DNA from: Lama guanicoe
Taxonomy: Eukaryota
DNA length: 64,000 nucleotides
Assembly: GCA_013239625.1 (NCBI GenBank)
Contig: MU053376.1
Span: 1,016,833-1,080,832, forward strand
Reading direction: 5' to 3'
Made by a program: the position numbers and the translations under genes
The notes under the pieces: model-generated
What the model was told of the DNA's origin: nothing
What the model saw: only the letters and a program-made list of their open reading frames with translations
Database searches by the model: none
Part shown: piece by piece, positions 26,601 to 38,600 of the stretch
How positions within the stretch are numbered: position 1 is the first letter of the stretch
Layout of the letters: the number at the start of each line of letters is the position of its first letter

Positions 26601-29600
26601 CTGAGCTCCACAAAGGCTGCCAAGGCCCCAATGAGGCTCAACATCAAGGGCTTCTAGACTTAGAACTGCTGGGGTCCGTTGCTGTTTCCACATCAAAACC
26701 ATTGGAGTAGAAGGTAGATCCGGAGAAACACTGGCTAAGGAAGCCTCACAAACCACATGAAACAGAACATGAGAAGCTCGAGGATTCCCCCCAAAAAGAA
26801 AAGATTATTTCTCAAGAAAGAGAATATATATTTCAACTGCGTAAGGAGAAAGCTGATTTACATATGAGATCGCTCATACGTGGAATCCAAAAGAAAAAGA
26901 AAAGAGAAAGACAAATGAACATAAATAGAAAACAGAAACAGACTCACAGACATAGAATACAAACTTGTGGTTGCCAGGGGGGAGGAGGGTGGGAAGGGAC
27001 AGACTGAGAGTTCGAAATTTGTAGATACTGACAGGCATATATAGAACAGATAAACAAGTTTATACTGTGTAGCACAGGGAATTATATTCAAGATTTATGG
27101 TACTCACAGCGAAAAAATATGTGACAATGAATCTATGTATGTCCATGTATAACTGAAAAATTGTGCTCTACACTGGAAATTGACACATTGTAAACTGACT
27201 ATAACTCAATAAAATAAAATTTAAAAAAAAGAGAGAGAGAAAGCTGATTTAGTACCTCAAATTCCCAGCCAAGTAGCCTCCTTAACCGTTACCATTTTGA
27301 GTGCTTACTACATCTATCAGGAGCAGCACAGGGAACTCTCAGCAGTAAGATAGGTGCTCACGGATGCACTTGGGGAATGGCTCTCTTTTTTCTGTGACTT
27401 TCTTTTATCTCCTCAATCCATGGGACAAAAGTAAGTGAGAATTACAAATTGAAACCAGGGGGCGGGTATAGCTGAAATCATTAATAGTCAGCATGCACAA
27501 GGTCCTGGGTTCAATTTCCAGTACTTCCATTAAAAAAAAAGAAAACCAAAAACTACTAATAAATAAATAGACCTAATGACCTCCCCCACTAATAATGATA
27601 ATTAAAAAATAATTAAAACCAATAAAATGAAGGGACACAGAGAGATCAATCAGTTTGCCTGTCCTGCAAATGGCTTTGTTCACATTCCGAGACTGTTTTT
27701 AAAAAGCAGTAACAGGAAAGATCACCACCCAACCAATAGTAGTCATCTCAGCTATTTAGCAGTGTCTTCTAGGCTATAGGTCACAATGTATCAGGTCAGA
27801 TCATCAATCTAGTGGGTTGCTACCATTTTTTTTTAAATGAAGTCACAGTGCAATATCAAAAAGAAAATCCAATCAAAAAACGGGCAAAAGATCTAAACAG
27901 ATATTTCTCCAAAGAAGACATACAGATGGCCAACAGGCACATGAAAAGATGCTCAGCATTGCTAACTATTAGAGAAATGCAAATTAAAACTATAATGAGG
28001 TATCACCTCACACTGGTCAGAATGGCCATCATCAAAAAGTCTACAAATAACAAATGCTTTGAGGGTGTGGAGAAAAGGGAACCCTCCTACACTGTTGGTG
28101 GGAATGTAAACTGGTGCAGCCACTATGGAGAACAGTATAGAGGTTTCTTAAAAAACTCAAAATAGAGTTATCATATAATCCAGCAATCCCACTCCAGGGC
28201 ATATATCCGGAAAAGATGAAAACTCTAATTTGAAAAAATACATGTTCCCCAGTGTTCTTAGCAGCACTTTTTACAACAGCCAAGACATGGAAGCAACCTA
28301 AACGTCCATCGACAGATGACTGGATAAAGACGATATAGATACACACATACACATATGATGGAATATTACTCAGCCATAAAAAAGGAATGAAATAATGCCA
28401 TTTGCAGCAACATGGATGGACCTAGAGATTATCACTCTAAGTCAAACAGACAGAGAAGTATAAATATCATCTGATAGTGGTTTTATGTGGAATCTAAAAA
28501 AAGATACAAATGAACTTATTTACAAAATAGAAATAGACCCACAGACATAGAAAACAAATGTATGGTTACCAAAGGGGAAAGGAGGGGAGGGATAAATTAG
28601 GAGTTTGGGATTAACATATGCACACTATTGTATATAAAATAGGTAATCAACAAAGGCCAACTGCATAGCACAGGGAACTATAGACAGTATCTTGCAATAA
28701 CCTATTACAGAAAAGAACTTGAAAAAGAATAAGTTTATATATATGTATAGCCAAATCACTTTGCTGTACACCTGAAACTAACACAACATTGTCAATCAAC
28801 TATACTTAAATTAAAAAAAAATACAAAATACAAAAAAAAAAAGATGTCAAGTAGAATAGAGAAAGAAATAGTGTGTTTTGCAAGAAGTAAAAGTATTGTT
28901 TCATGAACCTTTATTCCAAACGTATACACGTATGTAAGTACAGGGTCCTGATATGTTATTTCTTAGAGTGAATTAAAATCTAAAAAAATTTGAAAACCAC
29001 TAAGCTATTGGAAACTGAAAGGACTAGACCAGGGCAGAATACTCTAGAGACACTGTGTATGGATCAAATACTTATGAACTGTGAGGAAGTTTGTGGGTCA
29101 ACAGAGCAGCCTCAGTCTATAAACAAGGACCACTGTCAGAGCCACTGTCAGTTACGCGGGGGCTCTCACAGCGTCCTGGAGCTAAGAAGTGTGAGCTCTC
29201 AGTCTGAAAACAGAAAAAAGCCAACACTGAAACTGAGCTGAGAGAAAACGCTGGCTTGTTTGCACAGCCCCATCTAGCATTTACTGGGATAAAAGAAATC
29301 TGGACTTTGGAAGGAAATGAGATGACAGTTTCTACTTCTACAGTATCACAGGCTGTGGCCACAACCAAAGGACTCATTCACTGACTGGGAGGTCAAGCCT
29401 TCTAGAACAGGGGCAGGTAGGGAGAAGAAGAAACCATTCTCCTAGTCCCGCCAAACTAGCCCTACCTTCCCGGCACAGCTGACCAAGGTGGTGGACTCTC
29501 TGTTCTCAGCAGGTCTGCATTCTTTTGTTCCTACCAGCTGGACCCTCGCACACTCACATCTCTGCCGATCCCCCCTGGGCCTAATGAAATAGCCCAGCCC

Positions 29601-32600
29601 GAGCTATACAGTAGCAAAGGAAGCCCTGCACAACAGACAAGTCCTTCCGAAGTGGAGATCTGAACAACAGATTGACAACATGATCTTTCAGGAGATGTCA
29701 CGAGACCCTGTGTCCTCCTTGGGAGTTTAATTCAAGAGAGAAGCAAAGATATTTTTCACATGATGGGATCTCCACATCTCCTTATGCTGAGCCAGACCTG
29801 TCCTCACATTCTGACATCCCTTAAAAAGTAGGAGACGTGATCTGTCCAAATTAGTCAACAACAGCAGGTCTAAGAAAAAATTCAAAAATTCTTCATTTGT
29901 TCTCAACTCTGACAAGAATGTTAATCATCTTATTGGTCCTATTAGAAAGGAATGGCTAAGAGACAATTCTAGCAACAGCTTCCTGCTAAGAAATGAAAAA
30001 AGGATTTCTAACCCTGATCATAATCATTCTATAAAAGCACGCCAAGGTGCAACTATCACATTCCTTCAATTTTCAAAAAGGAGATAAGGAGGCAAGGAGA
30101 CAAGCAAATTGCCCAGGGCCTCGCAGCGTGGGAGCAGAGGCAGGGATGGGCACTGCTACAGCCTTGTCTGGTTTTCAGCTTCCTAGGTTATGTTCCGTTG
30201 ACTCCTGACGCTCAGAGCCCAGAGTACATACTGCCAAATTCCCTTCTGAGAAAGCTCCAGTACAAGGAAAGCTGGAATGTATGTGTGCCACTGTGTAAGT
30301 GTGAGATTGGTACCTGTAAGAGAGCATGGTGCATCGTCACCTCCAGTTCTGCTAAAACATGGGCGGCATCCTCACTGTCCTCTTGGACCTCCAGGTCCTC
30401 CTCAGGGATGGTCTCCCAGTTGCCCCGGTGAGCAACCAGCGTGTGCACGAGTTCATACTGGCCGGGGAGCGCCAGGCTGACCCGAGTCTGAGTCCCGTGG
30501 GTGAAGCGGAGGCGCCGAAACTTACAGTTCTCCTCACTGCCCAGCTTGGTGGTGGGAAGTACCTGCGCCCCCAGCAGCAGGTTCAGCAGCTGGCACTTGA
30601 CCTTACAGTCCTGGCCAAGGATCAAGATGCAGGGGAGGCAGTCCACCATCTGCTGGAGGTGCTTCTCTTCCTTGGGTGGGAAGGAAATGCAGCTCAGCTG
30701 GCCTGGTTGGGGAAGGGGAGGGTGGAGGAGGAGAAAGGGGGGCAGAGAGAAGAGTGAGGAGGGGTAGAGAGAGACCCACACAGAGATCCCACTAGGATAT
30801 TAGGTTCCTAGAAATTCCTTTTCTAGGAAGCTCTTGGTTAAAGGAGATGTCAGAAAAACATTCCAATCAGAACACACCTCCTCAAATATCAAACAGGAAT
30901 CCCCCTCTCTGGCTTATCCCCAGAACAGCTGTTTCTATCTAGAAAGGTGGCAGTGACTTGATCTACCCTCCCCTCTCCTTTTTCACCCAGTGGAGGGACA
31001 GCCTCAGGTGTTTACAAGGACACAATCCAAGATCATGACAGTGACAAAGCCAGAAAAGTCCAAGGACTGGATATGCCAAAAAGAAAGCCTTCCTTATGAC
31101 CCAAGACCTACTACTTGAACACACGAAGGCCCTTTTAAATGTCTCTGTCACATGCAGTTTTAGCTTATTTCCCTCATTTATGACATATTTTGTAACTAAA
31201 TATATGAGCTAATCTTTAAATATACATATATCAAAATAAAATGTTATTCAAGGGTGCATAAGCTCTAGAATCTTTTCTGGTTCATCTCACTGATAGCTGG
31301 TGACAGCATCCCAGCTGCCAAGTCATCTGTTTTCTCAAAACACTGGATGCTCAATTAAGATCAATATCTCCTAATCAAATCACGTTCTTTCAGTTTACGG
31401 AAGACAAGACCCCGAGTAAGACAGAGGGAAAAAACTTGTTAGGATAAAATACGGGCAAATCTAGGAAGAGATGTGATCCATCTCAGAAACACCCTTTCAG
31501 GGCACCACACTCATCGAAATTGCGAGCTTCCACAAATGGATCAAACAGTACTCAAGAGAAAACACAGGCTTCCTAAAGTATGAGAACCTCTGTTTAGGAA
31601 AAGGAACTGAAAATTAGTTGGCTAGAGCTTTCAGATTCTGAACTGAAGCATTCCCTGACTTGTTCAGTGCCAGTGCTTGCCTGTGTCTAAGATTCAGGCA
31701 ACCGTGTATTTGTTCAGAAAGGCACAGACACGCAGTTCTTAGGCTGTAAGAAGGCCAGTCTCTGAGCCAACTGCATACATCTTAATTGAAATTTGGGGCG
31801 GCACCAACTGAAAAAGTATTTGCTTTAGTCACTTAATCATGAGCTGCATTAAAGCATTCGTAAGCTGTTTATCTTGTTCATGTAACTGAAGCAAGAGAGG
31901 CCTGGTACATTTAAGAGTTTGTTCTGCTTCAGATTGTACCTATCCTGCCACAAACTATTTCAAATCCTCCAACCCCCGTCTCTTCCACAGATGGTACCAG
32001 CAAAAGGTTTAAAGAAGTTGGCTTTCACCCAGACCCCTCCACGCATTTCAGTAAGCCCCTCCTTCCATGTCTGCCTAGAAGTACATCACCAGCCTGTGCA
32101 TGGATGTCAGCAACACCAGACACTGAAACAAGGAAATCTATTCTCCTGGGAAAGAGATGAAAAAGCAAAGTGTTAACTGAGTGCACAATTCTGTGCAAGG
32201 TATTTACTAAACACAAGAGCAAAACACTAGACCACTGGTCTAACTTTTGGCCTACAACCTAAAAGCAAAGGGACACAGCCAATTGCTTGTGCAAGTAGCA
32301 ATGGGCTAGTCCAGAGTCCCCTCATACTGTGTTCACAACTAAACCACATTTATCACAGTTGTCGGGGAGGCAAAACAATCTTCCTCTACCCTTTTAGTTT
32401 CTTCTGGCTGGGTCTAAGAATTAAATTGACATGAGACAGATTAACAGAAGAAAAGAAAATTTAATTACGTACACACAGGGGATGCGAACATGAGACAGTC
32501 CAAAGACAGTCAGGTGAAATGAGGTACATATATCGTCCTGGACTAAGGAGACAGGAGTAGGGGGCTGGGTCCTCAAAAGAAAGGAAGGCAATTCACAGGA

Positions 32601-35600
32601 AGAATGAAAAGAGTAAATGTTTGGTAAACGAATGTTTGCTGGGCCATCCAGAAACAAAGGGGACACAGAGAGGACTCTGATCAAACAGGCCTTGCTAGGC
32701 TCCTCCCCTGTCTACCACACCTCGTTTATGTGACACTGGAGCTGGTTCTGGTGATTGCCCTCTTCCTAGGATAGACCCCCTATCTAAATTCTTCTGGGCA
32801 GTTAAGATGGAGGAGGTAAAAGCTCTCCCTGAGCCTTTTGTTTCTTTAAAACAATCAGCCTAAAACAATCTTCACACCAAAGGGACACTTTGAGGGTGAC
32901 AAATTTTGCTCCCCTACACAGTCTCTTCTAGTCATGTTTATAATTACCAAAAGCAGGAAGAACTATCATATTTCTCTCTGTATCCTCAACACCCAACAGA
33001 ATGACTAACACGTAGTGAGTGCTTTATGTTAAGTGGCTGTTTGCTTTATGTAAGAATCCACCGACTGTGGGAAACTGTCTACAGAAAGCCCTAAGCGGTT
33101 GTACTAAGTACTAAGTACAGAAAAGTCCAGTGCCATGATGAACAGCTTAGGAGCAACTGTCATTCCTAAACACCTCCTTCATCTCCACGTGGAGAGTAGA
33201 AGTGGACAACAGAATAGGACCTCCCCATTTTCCTTGCAGAATTCACCCGCCACAGCCTCAGCCCGAGCAGTGAGAAGTCCGGCTAGATTCACTCTAATCT
33301 ACACTTCCTATCTTCTTCTTTTCTGATTCCTCCTCAGATCTCAGATGGGTGTCTAAGAGTAAGTTCATACTCACAACCTTCATAACTCCTATAACAAAAG
33401 CTGGTACAGAAAAAGAAAAAAAAAACAACAAGCCTAAATGAGCTTTGCTACTGTTGCTGTTAGGAGACTAGATAATAGAGGATGAAAACCAACTAACCAT
33501 TTTTCAGGACAAGTGGGAGAGATCGCAACATCTCTGAGACACAGGGTCAATATAGGAAAGCCAGTAAACCATGCTGCATCAGCCAAAACCACAGCGGACA
33601 CACCCCATTATTCATCTGAGCCTAATTATCACACCCCCATCTCTGGAGTGACAAAAACAGTCACTCCAAATAAACCGGCTAGAGTCAAGCAACTGGAGGC
33701 TAGTGCAATGGGAGAGAGGGCTGACGCGGAGATAAGTCCTAATTTCTGTTTCCAAAATTGGTGCACTCTGCTAGGGTCCTGTGTGCAACCCACCAGCCTG
33801 AGAAAAGGTCTTCAGTGTGGATGTAGCCATCTGTTTTTCAGTACATCGTTATCCAAGCCCTTTGCTGCTCCCACTAATCTTTAGCTTTTTCATTGCTCTT
33901 CAACATGACTACAAGATTTGAACAAGGGCATGGAGAGAAATGAAGTTGAAATGAGATGGGTTCACTCCTTATTCTTCTCGACAAATGGTTGGGTGAGAGA
34001 AGAACGCAGCGAGGAAGCGGGCAGAGTGCGAGAGAGGAGGGCAGCTGATCCCAACCCGGGCTTCACCGTGACTGGCTCTGTGACTTTGGCAATCTACTAG
34101 CTTTTTTCTAGCCTTGGATTTCTCATCTGTGAACTAAGGCAGTTGGATTAGATCATCTTTCACATCCCTTCCAGTTCTAAAATTCCAGGATTCCTTCAGG
34201 TTTTAACTGTTGAAAGGAAAGTAATTGAGGGGGGATGGACAGTTCGTCTGGTTGTTTTTATTTTAAAATTATATATGAATTTAATTATGCAAGCTCTCCC
34301 AGGAGGACTATAGCTGCAGATCAAAAAGCTGACTGAACTAGCCAGGGACTCCGAGGACCTACCGCGCTGTTTTAGCAGGTTCTCTAAGGAAGAGATTAAA
34401 AACTCTAGACTGTCGGTAGGAGGCAGGAAGAAAACCTGTTTCAGAGCTAGAGCAGCTGCGTCACTGACAGTTAAAGGACTTTCGAGTTAATCGGGTTTTC
34501 TTTTGTAATTAATATAACAGCAGCTGCATATGGGGCGGCCAGAAGGTAACAGCATGGCCCTCAGCTGGAGCACATTAACCCTGCCAACTCTGGCTGCAGG
34601 AAAAGTCAAATCGTCTTAAGCATAAGCCGAGACTTTTTTTCCCTTCATGGTTCTTAAATACAGATGATCTTGATTAGGGTTACTTCTAGACAAAGGTTTC
34701 AAACTGCCAGAAGAGTAGCTAAAGCAGCAACCCATTGTGTTTATCTGTTTTAGAAAAGGAAGGGGAATAAAGTATACCACCTCCAAATATGTCTTTTTGA
34801 CACAGTGATTGTTTTGAGTGGGTTATTTTTTAAGAAACAGCAGACCCAGGTGAAGCTCTGAAAACTGAGAAGTTACACTTTTGTGAGAGATATTTATATT
34901 CAAAAGGAAAAATCTCCATTTGTGAGGGTGTCTCCCTCCAGTAACAAGAAAAAGAGGACTCTAAAATCTCTAGACACTCTTATCAACACAGATGGCAACC
35001 ACTAAAAACTGCCTAACAACCTTAGCCCTGTTTACCATGCTTTTCCTGGTAACTGCCCATAACTAACTGCCCCCTCCCCAGCACAACACTGTTTGTCTTT
35101 AGCTGGAGATGGTGTTTAAGGTAGTGGCTTGGGCCATTTCAGAGTTACTCCATTTCTCCCGGGTGTCTTCCATGTGTACAGTAGGTATACATGTTATTCA
35201 AATTCTGTTTGCTTTTCCCCCGTTAATCTGTCTTTTTAAACAGGGGTGTCTCAGCCAAGAAAGAACCTAGGAGGGTAGAGGGCAAACTATTTTTCCTCCC
35301 CCACAATAATATTTACTGACTTCATCACTATTTAAAGTATTTATCACTTTATTTGCCTCATCTCTTTTAATGCTCACAATTCTACCAGGCATGAACTATT
35401 ATTATCCCCATTTATAGATAAGGAAGCAGTAGCTTAAAAAGCAAAACAAAATTAAAAAGGACCCATGTTTCTCCATTTATCTAAGCAGTTAAAAGGTAGA
35501 ACACAGGGCAGTGCAGGAGCTGTTCTTAGGTCTCGGGGGGGCCAGGTAAATACTTCCTGGTAGACAATGTTCCTGCAGGGTGGCAGAATATGCCATCCCC

Positions 35601-38600
35601 AAAATGCCACTTGGGCATAAGGATTATTTTGAGCTAAAGGCACTAGACACACAGCAGGTATAAGAAGGGCACTCCGACCTCCCCTTTTTCTTCCTGAAAG
35701 TAAGAGATAAACTCCCATTGAGAAGATGCCCTCCCTATAACAGAAGGAAAGCAACATTCTTATCACCAGAGACTAGCAGTCCAGGCCAAAAAAAATCTGT
35801 ACAAATAAGCCTTGTTAAACTAACTGGTATCTTCCCAGTTACTTTTCCACCATGAACTCCAAGCCCCTGTGTTTTGTCTCGTTTTCATAATTTACTTCTC
35901 TTTGTCCAGTTCAGTATATGAACATTCAACTCTGTTTCTTTGGGTCTTCATTCTCTTGTGAGGACTCCCATGTACATGTAAAATTTAAGAAAATGTTTAT
36001 GCTTTTCTCCTATTAATCTGTCTTAGGTCAGTTGAAAACTTAGGCCCAGTTGGAGACCCTAAGAGGACAGAGGAGAAAATTTTCCTCCTCCACATCCCCT
36101 ACCACATTTCCCCCTAATCTGGGGCCAAGCACAACTTAGTAATTATAAGACCTCAACTTAAAAAAAAGCAGGCTGACAGAGTCCCTATGAAAACTGCACA
36201 AAACCATAAGGAATAAAGGCTGGGGGAAAAAACTCACAGTATTACCACTAGCTAATGAACACTTTAAAAAAATGTTGTTATTCTACCTAAGATCTCTAGG
36301 GTCTCTTTTCTAAAAGAAACAGTAGGGGCTTTTCAGAGAAATTTTTAATGTTCCTCCCATCAGTCAATCTGAATGCCCCTTTGGGTTTGAGGTTGGGCCC
36401 ATTCTACAAAGGGAGAACTGGTGGGAAGGAATGCTAATGACTTTTTGATGTCTCTAGTGACCCATCAGCATAGATACTTCATTAAAATTATGTTTGGAGT
36501 AATGGATATACATCGACACATTCTCCTTGTTGCCTGTTTTTCATCCCAATCAATAAGATGAGTGACGGCCAGGGTAAGGTGTAGTCCACGGCCAAGGTGG
36601 GGAAGGCACTAGGGGGAGTAGGTGAAATGGAATTCTAGCTCTGCCTTATCATGTTATTGCAACTCATACGGTGGACAGGGCTTCAGAATCGACTCAGGTC
36701 TCAACAGTTACTACTGCAATACTTGTTCCTGATACCCAAGGACTTCCCTCCTTCGGTAAAATTTTTTATTTCACCTTTAATATTGAACTTGAAGTCCTCT
36801 CTGAAGTGACTGAAATACAAAGGATTTTATAATTCACTAAAGTAATCAGTGACAGAGATATGCACTTCCACAGGGATGCAGTGATGTTTTATTTCTTACT
36901 AACTCTATGTGCCAAGAGTAGAGAAAAGGGGGACAAATCCTAAATTGAGAAATGAACATTACAGTCTTTCTACTACAATCAATTCTACTACAAGCTTCAA
37001 AGTATTGACCTACAAAAACCCCAGAAGCTGTGAGACAAATAATTGTGCCAAGAAACATTTATTTATCATTTCCAAACAAGCTCTATGACCTTCAGCTAAA
37101 TTTAAAGGAGTCTGAATTTACAGAGGAAGCATCCCCATTTAAGGAAAACATATGCTTAGGCAGTCTGGGTTTCAGAATCTTCAGGACCAAGCAATCCAAA
37201 GTATTTTGGTTGAATGGGATGGTTTTTGGAGATTAGAGATTGAAATGTACTCAAGCAGCCAAAGGTCTTATTGGAAGCTGAAAGTCAAGCTGGCAGAAAT
37301 GTCACTAAAGTTATCCTACCTGGTGGTCATGTTCAGATCTCGAATAGTTCCCAAGAAATAGATTGTCCTGGCACCTGGGAAGATGACATAACCTCTGACT
37401 CCACCCCCAAGGCTTGTGCACCTGGGAGACCTGTGAAATGAAGAGACCGCACTCAGCAGCCTGCTGACAAGTTTCCTTCTGGGAGAAACTGCCCCTGAGG
37501 CTGGTCATGCTGTAGAGGGAACAGAAAGGCAGCTGGCAGCTGAAGCTGTAATTTAAGGGATGCAGAGATGGAAGCGGTTCTTCAGAGGAAGCCAACCCCA
37601 TGCTTCACTGAGGGCTTAGTTTCCATCATTTGGAAGACAGCATCTTACAGCGAGTAACCATTAAGAATGATCCAATGGGGGCAATGTGGTAAAAGGACCA
37701 AGGAACCCACTCAAAGGGGGGACTCACTGATAATTTAACCATAAAAAATTTTAAATGATAATGTTTTATTTTTTTAATGAAGGTACTGGGGATTGAACCC
37801 CAGGCCTTGTGCATGCTAAGCATATGCTCTACCACTGAGCTATACCCATCCCCCCTTTAAATGATAATAAGAAAAAATCCACTGGAAAAAATCAGAAGTC
37901 CACACTGATATACATAAATAATAAATCAACAGGAAAAGGAAAGCTCTTCCTTCCCAATTACCAACTCAGGAATAGTGGATAGAAAAGCCACCCCTGTGGT
38001 CAGTGGCTGCTAGGCCTAGTGGAGGGAGGCATCTTTAGGAACAAGACAGTCAGTGAAATCTTAGAACACCTCTCCACAAAACACTAATCAATTGCAAAAG
38101 GAAAAGTGGAGATGTTAAGGTACAGAAACCTAGAGGACACCAACATGACCAGTGATGAAGCTTAACATCTCCAAGGGTGGGTGGGCTGACATCGTGTACC
38201 CCTGATGTGATGCCCACCACGGCATTCCTGTGCTTAGTCCTGCTGAGAGCTCATGGCTGAGTCTAGTCACAAGGAAACAGCTAGATCCATGCTGAGGGTC
38301 ATCTAACAGGATGTAAAGCCTGCTCTTTAAACCTGTCAAAGATACAAATGCCAGGGAAAGGCCAAGGGACTGTCCACATTAAGGGAGCCAGAAGAGACAT
38401 GACAACTAAATGCAACATGTGTTCCTGGATAAGATCCTGGATCAAAAAGAAAAAGACATTATTGGGACAGTTGGCAAAAGTTAAATGGGGTCTGTGGACT
38501 GGAGGGTTTATTTCTGATTTGGGGAATTGCAGGCTGGTAAGTAGAAGCATGTCTTTGTTTTGGGGGAAACGGGCACTACAGTGTTTAGAGGAAATAAGAC

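Noticed and set aside
34758..36094. Two same-orientation LTRs as the ends of one provirus
   Set aside because: They differ substantially and are separated by only ~270 bp of largely MIR-like sequence, with no visible primer-binding site or gag/pol
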